A stretch of DNA of 64,000 nucleotides from positions 124,001 through 188,000 of the forward strand of contig JBLDXI010000010.1 in NCBI GenBank assembly GCA_047495785.1. The letters are read 5' to 3'. Positions within the stretch are counted from its first letter, which is position 1, and the number at the start of each line of letters is the position of its first letter. This document shows, one piece after another, positions 28,005-41,062 of the stretch. The stretch is from Lepidodermella squamata (lineage: Eukaryota > Animalia > Gastrotricha). Below the pieces are notes generated by a model, which was given only the letters and a program-made list of their open reading frames with translations, was not told the DNA's origin and did no database searches. The translations under genes were made by a program, and so were the position numbers.

Positions 28005-29422
28005 CGCGTTTTTGCGATGTGTGGCACGTCGTTAGTACCTATTTCCTAACTCTGTGAAATCTCATGAGCTGCAAAATTTTGTTGCGGTATTCGTTCTTTT
28101 TATAAATACCAAAAATTTAAATATGTCTCGCTTCAAAGTATTTATATTCTTGTAAAATTAATTATAATCAAATTTGTTCTATTCCACGCGCGAATTCGAC
28201 AATGATGACAGACAAGAAAATGATGATGATATGTCGAAAGGAATAAAAAATCATGAGGATGCGTCATTTTTTGTTTATTTTTCTTCCAAAATAGTAAAAA
28301 TAAAATTGAAAAAAGTGAAATTAATATTCTTTCCCTCGGTACAGGCCTAATACTCAACCGAGGCGATTTTCGCCAAATTTGCCAAATTCGAAATGCCAGC
28401 ATCCGCTCAGATTTCAATCGAATTTCATGAAAATATGAAGAATAAGACATTGAATGAGAGGGAATCATTTTAATAAATTTATCGAGATCCAATGCACGGC
28501 TGACCAGCAAAACCGAAAATTAAATTTTGCGTGGCGAATGACCTTGACCTCGTTGAATAGGCGGCCTGCCTCAGTAGATTCGCTCTGATTTCTGATCGAG
28601 CCGATCTAATGAAAGATTCCAAGATTGTTACCGAGAAGTGTAACATCTCAGAGACCGCTGGCGCAACGCACGTTCCATGCCACAGAGCTATTAGTTTTAA
28701 GACTAGCTCCATCTATGTGCCATCCATCCATGTTCCATGCGCGACAGCGTGAGTAACAGGTTTGCAAAATACCACCGCGAACGGGTGAAGAAGCTTGGAC
28801 GAATGGGTGACCTCACCTTTTGACTAGAAACGCAGTTGTTTCGGTGCCATCATTCTGGGCTGAAGAATTTAAAGTATTTACTTGAAACTCTTAATGCATG
28901 AAAGCAGGATGAAAACTTAAATTACAGTTCTCGAAATAAAACCAATTTTCAACCAACAAATTGTTTGTTTCGAAAATCGAAGGTGGTTTTGCGTAGGATT
29001 GCTTTCAAGGGCAATTCCGAGCTGAGAACTACCCATTGGCCTATCGCAGCCATTAACCATGGCCTCATTAGTATTGGGCTACGGCAGGGGAAATGTTGGC
29101 CCTACACTTGGCCTATGGATGAGATAATTTGCATTAGCCCTACCGTAGCCTTACTGATTTCAACCATTTTGAAGTTATTGTTGGTTGTTGGTTATCATAA
29201 TTTTCAGTACGGGAATAATATTATAAGGGAATACTCTATGGCTAGCCATCCCGAACTCGGGGTTCCAGATCGGGGGAAATTTTATTTCTCTATGGCTAGC
29301 TATACAATAATCCTTTATTATTAAACAAATTCGAGGCACACTTTATTGTTCGCGTTTTTTATAGCGTTGTTATGGCGAAATAAGGGAATAAATGTTCCGT
29401 AAAAATGTCCCGTAATGAACGA

Positions 29423-30413
29423 TTAGGTTCTTGAGGAAAAGCGCCGTTGGGTTGGAACTGTGTCGCTTTCCAAGTTCTCATCATTAACCAATAATGTTGA
29501 GATTTCATCGACTGAATAACCTCCCATGCGTCTGTAACGTTGCAAAAAATATACTTTTAGCTAAAATCACAATACTCAATGATCTTGATTGCTCTTACCT
29601 TGTCAGTTTTCGCGTGAAGAATTCTCTTTCGGCATGCCTCCTACCTGAGGTCAGCAAGAAGCAGAACGACGAGATGGCAACCGAGGAGTAACAGAATACC
29701 GTCTCAAATAGGTTCGGCTTCAAATATAGCAGTGGGCATAAGCTTTTGGCTAGTATGGTACCGTTAAAGATACAGCCAGTCAAGGCCAATAAATTGATTG
29801 TTACAGTTAAGAAAAAATTTACTGGGAATTTATCAGAAATTCCTTCGAAGAGCAAATCCCATGGAATACTATTTAAACAGTGCACGAAAGACATGAAAAT
29901 TAAAATTCTGACTATATTATCAATCTGCGAGGCTGATAATCGATAATCCTTTAAAAAAGCGGGAGAAACTACTGCCCTACCAGTAATAATAACCAGTAAT
30001 ACAACTAATACCACAACCGCAATATACATTGCATACAAAGAAATTCGAACATTATCTATTACGGGTTTTATAACCAGCAAAAAAAGCCGTTCAACAGTTT
30101 GAAGTAGTACGAAGTATGTAGAAATAATAATGAGATGAGTGCGAGGCGGGTGTGCAATTGGGCGCCAGTCGAAAACCAGCCATAATAACGAGCAGATCTC
30201 TACGCTGATAAGTGGGCCGATAAGTGAGCCGATAAGTAAGCCGCGAAGTAGGCCATACGTAAAAGTCGTTGTCGCCGTCGGGTTGAAGCTGCCTTGTTTT
30301 AGCCATATCCCCTGCGAAGCCTGTTTTTCAGTTAGATTTACCGGAATGAATGGTACAGCTGATTCGTTCTCAATTTCGCTTCTTATTTCATCAATTGAAG
30401 ACAATCGAGCCAT
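29423..30413 (-). CDS. Orphan multi-pass membrane protein, paralogue 1; exons 30413-29599 and 29531-29423
   Basis: About 6 hydrophobic helices. AG|gtaag donor joins to the tail RMGGYSVDEISTLLVNDENLESDTVPTQRRFSSRT*. Homologous to the two downstream copies. Confidence 0.8.
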
Positions 30414-30823
30414 TAGGGTGAAAGCCAGCGTTGAGGTAGGATTGAATTGAAAAAGTACGAAATTCTCCAAAAGCCAACTCCGCCGTAGAAAATCGTCCTC
30501 TTATCATCCTCTTATCAGTATTTAAGCTATAGCTGTGTCATTTGCCAAAGATAAAACCAATAAATGACAGCTTGGGGGAGTGAGTCAAGCTAATAAAGCA
30601 ATTACTGGAGGAAAAAAGTCAGCATCACTCAATTATTACCACGAGACGTGAATTTCAGAGCTACGATTCGGCTTTTCCGCGGGGGAAACTGTAGCGCCTA
30701 GCCTAAAATATTACTCTGCGTCGAATTTGAATTTTGGGACAAAATAATTAGTCGAGATTTTCAAAATATCTATGCACAAAAACGGTGGAGTATGTATTGG
30801 GTTTTCGGTTTACGAGGTTAAAG

Positions 30824-30900
30824 CAGGGGCGCATTAACGCATGGGCTTAGCAGCCCATGCAGCCTAGGGGCCGTCAGTCAAAAAGGGCCGCCAGCAAAAA
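30824..30900. mobile_element. Degenerate hAT-like terminus, also present at about 36042
   Basis: CAGGGGCGCATTAACGCATGG here and CAGGGCCGGATCAACGCATGG at about 36042 resemble CAGGGCCGG-type hAT ends. No partner TIR found. Confidence 0.35.
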
Positions 30901-32468
30901 TGGTGAAAAGTTCGATTTACTAGAATATTCAGACATAATGATGGGCAATCGGTCAGCATTTCAGTTTCACAAAACGATTTACATTTCTCGGTATTCTCCA
31001 ATATAACAATCAATGGCGAAAAAGCCATTTCAGGAAAATCATTCAAAAACACGCATCTTTTGAAGCAGTTTTACATAGGTAATTATTCACCCTGAATATA
31101 ATGGAATAATACGTTTTAGCAGCGTTGGAAACAGGTCCGGTCGACAGACGCCGTTACCGTTCCTGGTCCTATCGGTCGTCATCGGTCATAGACCATTAAA
31201 AACTGAATTTTAGATTTAGCAGGCTTTTAGCAGGGTCGAGTTAGAAAAACCTAAGGAAAACTAGATTTTCAACTCAACTTTGAGCATTATTAGTTCGGCA
31301 GAGCGTATTCTTCAAACGTATCGGAGTGATGGGCTCGTTCACGGCCTCCGAAACATTTTACTGACCTTGATTGAAAGGCCCTATGGGTCTTACGAGTTAC
31401 GAGGCTCCTAACTCATAGATTGATTTGATTTTAGGTGACTAGAACAATCATTGTATTGTATGCGCTTAGTATCATGTTTTCGCTAATTTCTTGTGATTTT
31501 AAAAAAGCACTTCTAACACCGGTAGAACGGGCCGTTCCCGGCCCGGTCCATTTTCAAATCCACCGTTCGCAGGTCCAGTTTGTGTGTGTATACTACCTTC
31601 CAGGGTGGAGGTATGTAAATTGAATTTCACACTCGTCCGCATTTACCCATGTAAGAGGTGTGGCACCTGGCCAACCGCGTTTTCTCAGCCGCAACCTTCC
31701 ATCTTCGACGGCCCCATATCCACAAACCGCATCAAACCGCGTCGAATTCGCGTCACCCACTGGTATGCAGCAATTTTAGTGAATGGGTGCAATTTTGACC
31801 GGGTTCTATCGAAAATTGTGGCGTACGAAGATACCTGTGAGCTTCCCGCGCGCTCCGTTAATCATGATGGAACAATGGAATTTGGAGTATTTTCATTTTT
31901 GTACCTAGGTACGAATCTACCACGAAAAAACACGCGTTCGCACCTTATGATTTGCACAACAGCAAAACATATAGATAAAAAACATTATAAAACATAGGTA
32001 AGTTTTGAGGTGTTGTTAGTGCAGATCCCAAGCCGATTCGGTCTGATCGTGTCGATCAAATTGTAATGAAGCCGATTGAAACTTACAGGCTGCTCAACGC
32101 AGGGAATTTCGAAGTCGTAAATTCCGAATGAGAATCCCTATAAGATCTGAAATCTGTTTTATTGATTTCAAGCGCCGATAGCGGGGTCTCTGCGATATCC
32201 GAAGTCGCCGTAAGCCGTTAAAATCATACTTTCGTAGGTTGGAACCAGAAAGCCAAGCCTTATTTTAATGGTTTTATGTGAAATACAAAAAAATCTTTCA
32301 CATAGCTTTCCGGGGATCAGCATAAAATCGATGGAATCTGAGGTTTCAGCTGGCCAAATATTCTGAATCGGCGGCACAATATTTACAATTGGCACAGAAT
32401 ATCTTCGAGACTTTCATATTGGTTTCGAGTCCTTGTGCCTTGTTTTGACACTAATGACTAATTACTAA

Positions 32469-33534
32469 TCAATTACCATCAGCAGCCTGAACGCGCCGTT
32501 GTCTGAGAAGTGCGCCGCTTTCTAAGTTGTCATCAGTGACCACTTTTCGTGATGAGACTTCGTTGACATAATTTTCGAATGAAATATTGTCTTCACGTCT
32601 GAAATTTACATACTTACAGCTTACGTACTCGTAAATTCAGTAAGAGAAATACTGAAGGTGATTGCTCTTACCTTGACAGCTCTCGCAAGAACCTTTTTTC
32701 GGCTTTAACAATTCCTGCGTTCAGCAACAAGCAACACAACGAGGTGAAAAGTAAGCAGCCAATGGTGACTGCTTCGGAAAGGGTAACCTTTGGTGGAATG
32801 AAGCAGCAGACTAGTAGAAAACCATTAAATATACCGCAAGTCAAGGCCTCGACATTGTTTGCTACGACTAAGAAAACATGCATCTTCCTAAACATCAAGT
32901 TCGCAGCGGTAGCTCGGGCATAACTGAGAAGCCCAGTGCCTGGAAAATGACTGGCAAAACTAAGTAACACATAGCCAGATGAAGTTAGCGAGTCAGAATC
33001 GAATACAAAATTAAAGACAATTGTAAATATAGCCGAGCATATAATTACTGGTAATAATGATTTGATAGGCAAATAATCGGTAATCAATGAATATACTCGA
33101 ACAGCATGTATCTCAGGGAGTAGGATTTGCCACAAAACCCGTCCAAAAATTTTAATTATGGCGACGTAAAGGAGAGCAACAATAAAATGCATGTATGTAA
33201 GGGACGTGGTTGTACAGAATTCGCAAAAGATTGTTAACACCAATAAGATGTAATACTCTGACCACAATATATTACAGGCAATTAATCCAATGACTAAAGG
33301 AAACATTTCCCTCTTCCTCTTCCTCTCCTCTTCGTCCTCTTTCTCGTCTGCACCTTGTCTCACTGTTATTTCAAATTTCCCCAGCGCATATAAAAATGCA
33401 AATAATTTCGCTGTACGTTCCTTCGAGTGAAGCCCTGGTGAAGCCTGGTTGTCAGGTATAGTCGGCTGGATAAGTGGTCCCGCTGGTTCGTCCTCAATAT
33501 CGCTTATTTCTTTATTCGGAGCGATTCGGGCCAT
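32469..33534 (-). CDS. Orphan multi-pass membrane protein, paralogue 2 (most diverged); exons 33534-32672 and 32598-32469
   Basis: Shares the MAR...EI..E N-terminus, the GIFNG motif, the same phase-2 intron and the tail DDNLES...RQRR. Confidence 0.8.
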
Positions 33535-34667
33535 TAGGGTGAAGGCGAGTATTGGATTAGAATGTTTTGAAGAAGCTTGAAATTCTCTAGCAGTTTACTA
33601 TCTCGACTGCATGTCGTCTAAAATGAGCTAGATATGTAATATATAGTTAAATAATAATCATCCCCTTATCGCAACCTCTTATCAGCCAAAGTAGACTATC
33701 CCTAAACATTTTCTACGCCCAAAAGGACGCTAAAATGACGCCTGTTCTGCGTAGTCAAGCTGAAAAAGCAGTTATTGGAGTCATTCCTATTATAGCTTGA
33801 AATACCGAGCCACTCAGACTCATGTTAGGCGACCAATTGTGACACCTTATAAATGAGCTTATCGATTTTGACAACTATTGAAAAATGAATGCAGATTGTT
33901 GCCGAATAATCTTTTTCCAGAAACAGGAAACACATGCGAGGAGCAGCAGTTTTCCACATTCGGACCAAATAACGGGGACTATCCACTAGCACAATAGTGA
34001 TCTATTTGCTTCCGGATCGCAGATAAAAGAAATGCACATGGCTTCACAATTCTCCCTTGATAAAAATTTGAAAACGTCCACAAAAGCGACCGTGCAAAAT
34101 TGCGGAAAACTGTGGGAAGGGGAGAGAAGTTTTGACGAGCTAAAAGAGCTAAAACCGTTAAAGTATACGTACCTAGGGCCTAAGGATCCCTAAGGATCAT
34201 TTTCAGGATCAGGGCAGAAACACGGTAGAAAGGGTACACAGCAAATTGGGGAAAAATTTGAAAAAGATGAGTACTTAGTGAAAAATTCCACGCACTTCAA
34301 GAATTTTTCTGCGGGTTTTTTTTTAATATTGGCACAAAATTGCAGGCGCACCCTTTTGTCATTAGTAGGCACAGCGCACAGCCGATCGCCCTTGGACGTT
34401 CATTTTTTTCTTTTAAATTAGTGATGTTCACGGTTTCGGGAATTGGGAAAGGTTTTGATCAAAGGTTTTTGAGAAATCTAAGGAATTGACTGCAATCATC
34501 AATCAATTTTGCGTTACTATTTATCACAACTACTTATTCATTACATAAAAATTATAAAATATTATGAAAAAAGTCAAAGAAATTTTTTTATTACGCTATA
34601 CTTCGTAGCCTTGTTTTGACGATGATAAAAAATGTTCCGTTGTAGGTTGCAATCCTATCAAGAACGA

Positions 34668-35602
34668 TCAGTTTCTCGAGGAACCGCGCCGGTTGGTTGG
34701 AACTGTGCCGCTTTCCAAAGTCTCATCATTAACCACTAATGTTGAGATTTCATCGTATGTAAAAATGCCCCTGCGTTTTACATTTACTTCAAGCTCAAAT
34801 ACTTAATGAGATTTATTTTTTTTACCTTGTCCGCTTTCGCGTGAAAAACTCCCCTTGGGTATGCTTCTTTCCTGCGGCCACCAAGAAGCAACACGACGAG
34901 ATGGCAACCAAAGAGTAACGGTTGACCGTCTCAAATAGGGTTGCTGGCTTCAAATGCGGTGGGCTGAAGTTATTGGCTAATATGACACCATTTAAAATAG
35001 CCCAAGTCATGGTCAATATATTGGGTATTACAGCTAAGAAAACGTGGAATTTCCTAGGATTGTGTCCCGCCGATAAATTCGATGAAGCAAGGTAAAAACC
35101 GTGGCAAAACGTAACAGCAGCAATTTCGAATAAATCATCAATCTGCGCTTCGTATGCGACTGATTGATATCTGAATTGAACAACAACAACCAATAGGATG
35201 ATTGAAACTGTTGTCATGCATAAAACTAGTACCATACCCGCAATAGCCAAAACATTTCGAACATCATGTATTACGGGAATTAGAAATAACAACAAAAGTC
35301 GTTCAACAGTTTGAAGTAGTACGAAGTATGTAGAAATAATAATGAGATGAGTGCGAGGCGGGTTTCCAAGTGTCCAACAGTTGAAAATACGCCATAAATT
35401 CCAGCAGATAAACATCTCTGTGCTGAGAACTAAGCCATACGTGGAAAGCGATGCCACCATCAGTTTCGACGTGAAGCTCCCTATCTAGTTTGAGCCATGT
35501 CCCATGTGAAGCCTGTTTATCAGCTAGATTCACCGGGATGAATGGTGCCGCTGATTCGTTCTCAATTTTGCTTATTTCATCAATTGAAACCAATCGAGCC
35601 AT
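34668..35602 (-). pseudogene. Orphan multi-pass membrane protein, paralogue 3, frameshifted at about 35483; exon 2 at 34770-34668
   Basis: ORFs 35303-35602 and 34822-35460 each match parts of paralogue 1 in different frames. A 4-nt insertion lies in the WLK(L)GSF segment. Confidence 0.7.
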
Positions 35603-38001
35603 TAGGATGAACGACTACTACGCCATACAAAATTGTCCTCTTATCACCCTCTTATCAGTCTTTAGCCTACCGCTGTGCCCACTGCTTGGTGGAGGCAAGC
35701 TAGCAAGCAAATTTTAAAGGAACGAAAGCATTTCCAATAGCTTGAAATGCCGGATCACTCAATTTCCCCATAAGACGTAATTTTCAGAGCCAACATTCAG
35801 CTTTTTCGCGGGAGGGGGGGGAGTATCGCGTATTATTAAGCATATCGATTTAAAAGAGAAATTTAAATTATTTTACATGTTTCCGATATTCAAACATTCG
35901 ATGTACAGATACGGTGGAGCATATATCATTGGGTTTCTCATGCTAGGCGTACTCAGAATTCCATGAATCGGACGAAGCAGACGATATACCAATGCCGGCA
36001 TCTGAAACAACCTGTTACACCTTCAAAATCGAGGTTGAAGCAGGGCCGGATCAACGCATGGACTTGAAGGGCTGCAGCCCAGGGACATCAGTCAAAAAAA
36101 GTTCCTGATAAGAAAAAGTTCCATTTGCTAGATTATTCAGCCATAATATGCTGTGCCAGCGTCCGCTTTTCAGTTTCAAGCTTGTTTCGCTTTACATTTC
36201 TCGGTCTACGGTTGTGGCGCACGAACCTCTGAGCTTTCTGCACGTTCTGTGAATCATGATAAAATAAATGATTTCAGAGTGTTTTCATTTTTGTATAGGT
36301 GCGAATCTTCGAAAAAACACGCGTTTGCACGTTGTGAATGAGCGCAACAAAATGAGCGCTCCTCGGTCCCAGGGAATGATAGGGATCAGACTACATATAG
36401 GGAGCTACTGTTGTAAAAACGGCTAAAGATAGCGATATAAAAACACATAAATAAACACCATCATTTTATAGGTAATTTTTTCTCACACATGTTAATTAGC
36501 GTTGACAGGCAAAATTATTTATGATATCAGCACATTAGGGTGACAACAGCCATATGCCAGCCAACTATAGCTGTGTAACACATACACACGTATGCTGTTG
36601 ACTTATTATCATTATTATTACCCGGCTAAAAGCAGTTTATCATCAGCGCACTGTTGTAATAAGGTATATTAGGCGCCTTCTAAAACCCGACTGTCACACT
36701 AGCAGCAAGAAGCTCGCGCGATAATGATGCCTTTTTAGCGTGCATGCCAGGTCGCTAGGTCAAGAGAATGCAGGCAGGTAGGTATTCGGCAAAGTTACCT
36801 ACCAGCAGCCGGCAATCTACATCCGGCGCCGTTTATACGCTGCGTGTCTCGTATTATGCAAATAATAATCTCTTGCGAGTTGTTCGAGCATACGCGACGA
36901 CGACGCCCTCATTCACCTTTTTAGATGGTGGTGGTAATAATTTCTCAATATTATGACGCGCGCAACGTTTAGGTATTGTAATAATAATAATAATGATAAA
37001 ACGCGCGCACGCACTTTTCCTTGTCAACCATGGCGAGCGAGCGGAAATTTGGATACATCTTAACATTGTGCGGGTATTTTAAGGTGGTGGCATGTGCGCA
37101 CTTTCCGGTTGCAAAACCACGAAAAGCCACGTATTAGCCACTTTTCAGCGAAATGTCACGATTTATCCCGCCTTGGTAAACACACCTTCCCATGCACTTA
37201 CAATCAACCTCGCCCCTTATACCATATATAGGGTGACATTTAACAGGTAGCACCGGAGGTAATTTAAACAGTCTTTTATTACTATTATCAAAATATTCGC
37301 GCCTAGGTTAATTATTACCCAAAGCACGTATCATCCGTTCGTTTCGATCGTGCTAGGCGATGTCTGGGTATGCGAAATGCGGAATTTGCGTACTAGGTAT
37401 AATATTACAACAATAACATATATTATTGCACTTGTTGCGCGCGTCCCGGCGCCCGGGCGAGGTGCAAATATTGTAATCAACATCGGCTACCAATTATCTG
37501 TGTTTTCCACCCCGCGCTCATCATCGGCGATTATATTGTTTTGTTTACTTGCCCGGTGTATACGGATATTTCCGCGAATATAACCACCAACAACAAAGCA
37601 GGCCGGTGAAAATATTATATAGCGGAGCCGCTTCTCATCCTCCAATAATGAAACAGATAATGATTTTTATATAATTTGAAGCAGAGCCTTCCTACCTTGT
37701 TTGCGGCGCGCGAATTATGAATCACCGCGCGAAGGCGGAGCCGCGATGATGGCGTCGACTTATTACCATATCAAACACTGGAAAATGGCCGAGTCCCGAC
37801 ACCTTTTAGCAAAATTATTCTTGCTAAATATCTTTCGCCATACATTACCGTTTTGTTTTTGTTTTCCCGCGCAACCGATAACATGTTATTTCCGTTTCTC
37901 CCCCGCTACTCCTTTCAAACCCGTTACCATTATGAAATATTTTTTCTTAGGCTTTCCACTGGCGATTAAGCGATTTTCCTGCGTGTACCGACTTAAACTC
38001 T

Positions 38002-38337
38002 GAGCGGTCGCAACATTTGAGAAATATATTTCGCCATTTTTCTGAGCGATAATTCTGAATTTGGTACGACAATCCACTATGCGACAATTCAGAAAATTAT
38101 CCGCCGATTTTTTTGAATTGCCGCTAAATTCATTTTTCTGAGTTGTCGCGTTCTGAGTTTTCGCTCAGAAAAATAGCGTAATAATCTGCTGAAATGTCGC
38201 ATTCAGATTTTTCTTAGCTAATTCTGAAATGTTATGCTTTCAAAAATTGCGGAATATTTTTCTGAGTTGTCGTTTTCTGAATTGTTCGTTCTGAAATTTC
38301 GATTTCTGGGCCATCCGTTCTGATTTGTCGTAGCGCC
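38002..38337. repeat. Degenerate MITE-like element built from a (TTCTGA..TGTCG)-type motif in both orientations
   Basis: CGACAATTCAGAA at about 38082 is inverted relative to TTCTGAGTTGTCG and TTCTGATTTGTCG copies up to about 38330. Confidence 0.5.
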
Positions 38338-38614
38338 TTTTCTCTGATTTTTGATCATTTTCTTTACCAAAAATTCCATTATTCCAATTTTTTGCTATTA
38401 TTTAATTTTAATTGCTATTTTCCCATCAGGATTTTATAATTAGAAATTACTATTCTGCTTATGCGTTTGTAACCCGTTTCGCGGCCTAAAACCTAAAACT
38501 GCGGTTGCGGTTCATTAGCAACTTGGTAATTGGTTTTGCGGTCACATCATAATTTTGATTGCATCACCGTCGCTATTTTATTAACACACCCGACATTTGA
38601 TATTTGGCGAGAAA

Positions 38615-41062
38615 ATGCGCGGAAATTCTGCGTCTACCAGCGATGTGACGTCATCGTCGCTTCAAGCGATCCGCAGCGCTTTCGGCCTATCGTCATCCTC
38701 CTTAATGAATTCAGCTGAATCAGCGCTAGCCGCTTTGGGAAATATTATCAACTCATCGACGCCGACATCAACCGCCGGGAATAACAGCACGTTGCCTGAT
38801 ATTGAATCGGAGGAAAATCTTTCCACACCTGGCGGTAAAATGTTCTGGCCCAAATTGGGTAGTAGCAGCAGTAAGAGCGGGAAGTCGCGGAGTCAGCAAA
38901 AAATTCTATTGGCGCAGATCGCTCGGCTTCAAACTGAGCTGCAAATCCAGGCGGTTCGGCACCAAAGTGCGATAGCCGAATTTCGCCGACGTCTGGCTTA
39001 TGTCAGCGCTCGGCAACCTCACACGCCTCTAGCGGTCGAAAAAACGCACGTTATCTGGATTCCACTTGCTGGGGTTAATTCTCTGGATAATTCACCTGGA
39101 TGCGATTCGGCTATTAGCGACCTCTCAACCACTGTTGGAGCAGCAGTGGCCAGAAAACTCGGCTTCAGTGTTCTACCAGATGGAACGGTAATTTAAAAAT
39201 TTAAAACTTAATTAATTAAAATTTAGATTAAATGATTAAATTTTAATTCCTTTTTTTAATAAATTTTTCAAATATTTCTACAGGGCCTGGGAGGTGCGAT
39301 AGTTACATCAGTCCTCAGTGAATCTGTGGCATTTGACGCCGGTCTTCATATTTTCGATCGCATCAGCAAAGTTGATGGCATCGATGTCTGCCAGCCCTCG
39401 ATCACTTTCGCTCATCTCGTTGATTTATTGAAAAATTGCTCAAAATCAGTTCTCACGCTGGAAGTTGCGCGGTTCGAAGAACCCTCGCCAAAACCAGACG
39501 CTTTCGATCAATTGCCGCAAAATTTATCCGCAAGTAGCGAGAAGGAAAATCAATGTTCTTGCCAGTGCCAGAAATTAAAGCCAAACAAAGTCACAGTAGC
39601 TAGTGTTGCTGTTCAAACCTTGCCGTGCTTAAATCCTTGGTTTTTAGCGGATGTTAGAACGAATAGGTAAGGTCCATCTTAATTATTTTTGCGTTTTTTT
39701 TATAATTTAATTTCCTCTCAATAGTTGTGCGGTTCGAACTCTTCGAAACGGTGCCCAAGAAAAGTTGTTGAATAAAACTTGCCCAGCACCGGAGCCAGTT
39801 TCTACAGATCTCAAACCTTCTGCCCAAGCTCAAACCGACCATATTCAGCCGTCAAACATCGCAAAACCGCTCGTTTCAATACCATCGGCAAGCTCTCTCG
39901 CTAATTTCATCCCGCCTCCCAACATTTCGATGGTCCATCAGCCGGTCGTGCCCGTAATTTCGTTGTCGGCTGAAACAGAGGAAGTTGGGCCGTGTGGAAT
40001 TTCAGTGAAATGGCCGAGTCAAACATCGGATGATTCAGCCATTAATGTTACTGCGAATCAGAGCGTTGGAGAGCCTTCGACTACAACAATGTTCTCAGAG
40101 AAAACCTGGCGAACTTCGTCGTCTTCTACGACACGTAAGAATTTCCAATAATTTTTTAATTATTTGTTCATGAATTTCAAATTTTAGTAAGCTTTACCAA
40201 CTCGCAATCAGCGGACCACAAAAGCATCGGCTCTGACCGGAGTTCATCCAGCGGAAATAAGGATGCTTCATGTTATTCGTCTGAAACTGGCAGTAATATC
40301 CCTACTCCTGAAAAGAGCACGCCACAAACGCCGGGTGTCGACAATTTCCAACGACCCGTGACAATGTACACGAATAGCCAACATCTTGCTCATACAATTC
40401 GAATTCAGCAACACTTGTTCATCCAAGCTCAATCAAGTAAAGCCAAGTTGGTGGAGGATGATCAGCAGCCAGGTTTCGATGATGAAATCGATGGGTTGTC
40501 GCAACAGAATGCCTCCTGTTCCAATATTGGAAATGATTCGCGCATGAGTGAGCACGATGATGAAGTCGCTAAGCGGCGATTGAGCTCGTTCTCATACGCG
40601 TCCTGTACGTCTTCGCCTATTACGACGCCGCCAACAACGAACCGTTATCGGAAATCTGCGGAAGTGGTTGATGATGCGCTGTCATGGAATGATGGTTCGA
40701 GTTTGGGAGACAAGCGGCGTGATGCCTCTTCGGCTGACGCGTGCCGTGATTTCCGGTGGGTGGTTAAAGTCAAATCAGACGGAACTCGACGAATCGTGAG
40801 ACGTCCAGTCGATGGCCAGAATTCGTCGTTAAGCAAAGAATCTAATGAGAAGGAGGAAATCGAGAGAAAGGACAGATCAAGGCATTCTAAGAAGCATCAT
40901 CGCCATCGACACCACGACATGCTGGACGAATCAAACGCTGGGGATGACGAATCTTTCAAAGAAAAGCCTCATCACAGGAAAAATAAGCGCGAAGAAATTG
41001 AAAAGGATAGGTCGACCACAAAGCGCCGTTCTGATGTTGTACTGGCTGTAACAACCGTTTGA
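38615..41062 (+). CDS. PDZ-domain protein of the PDZRN3/4-PDZD4/Slip1 family; exons 38615-39187, 39284-39666, 39725-40134, 40188-41062
   Basis: PDZ domain (KLGFSV...GAIVTSVLSESVAFDAGLHIFDRISKVDGIDV). Family motifs TMYTN..L.HTI..QQ.LF and WVVKVKSDGTRRIVRRPV, with C-terminal VTTV. Intron phases are consistent. Confidence 0.8.
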
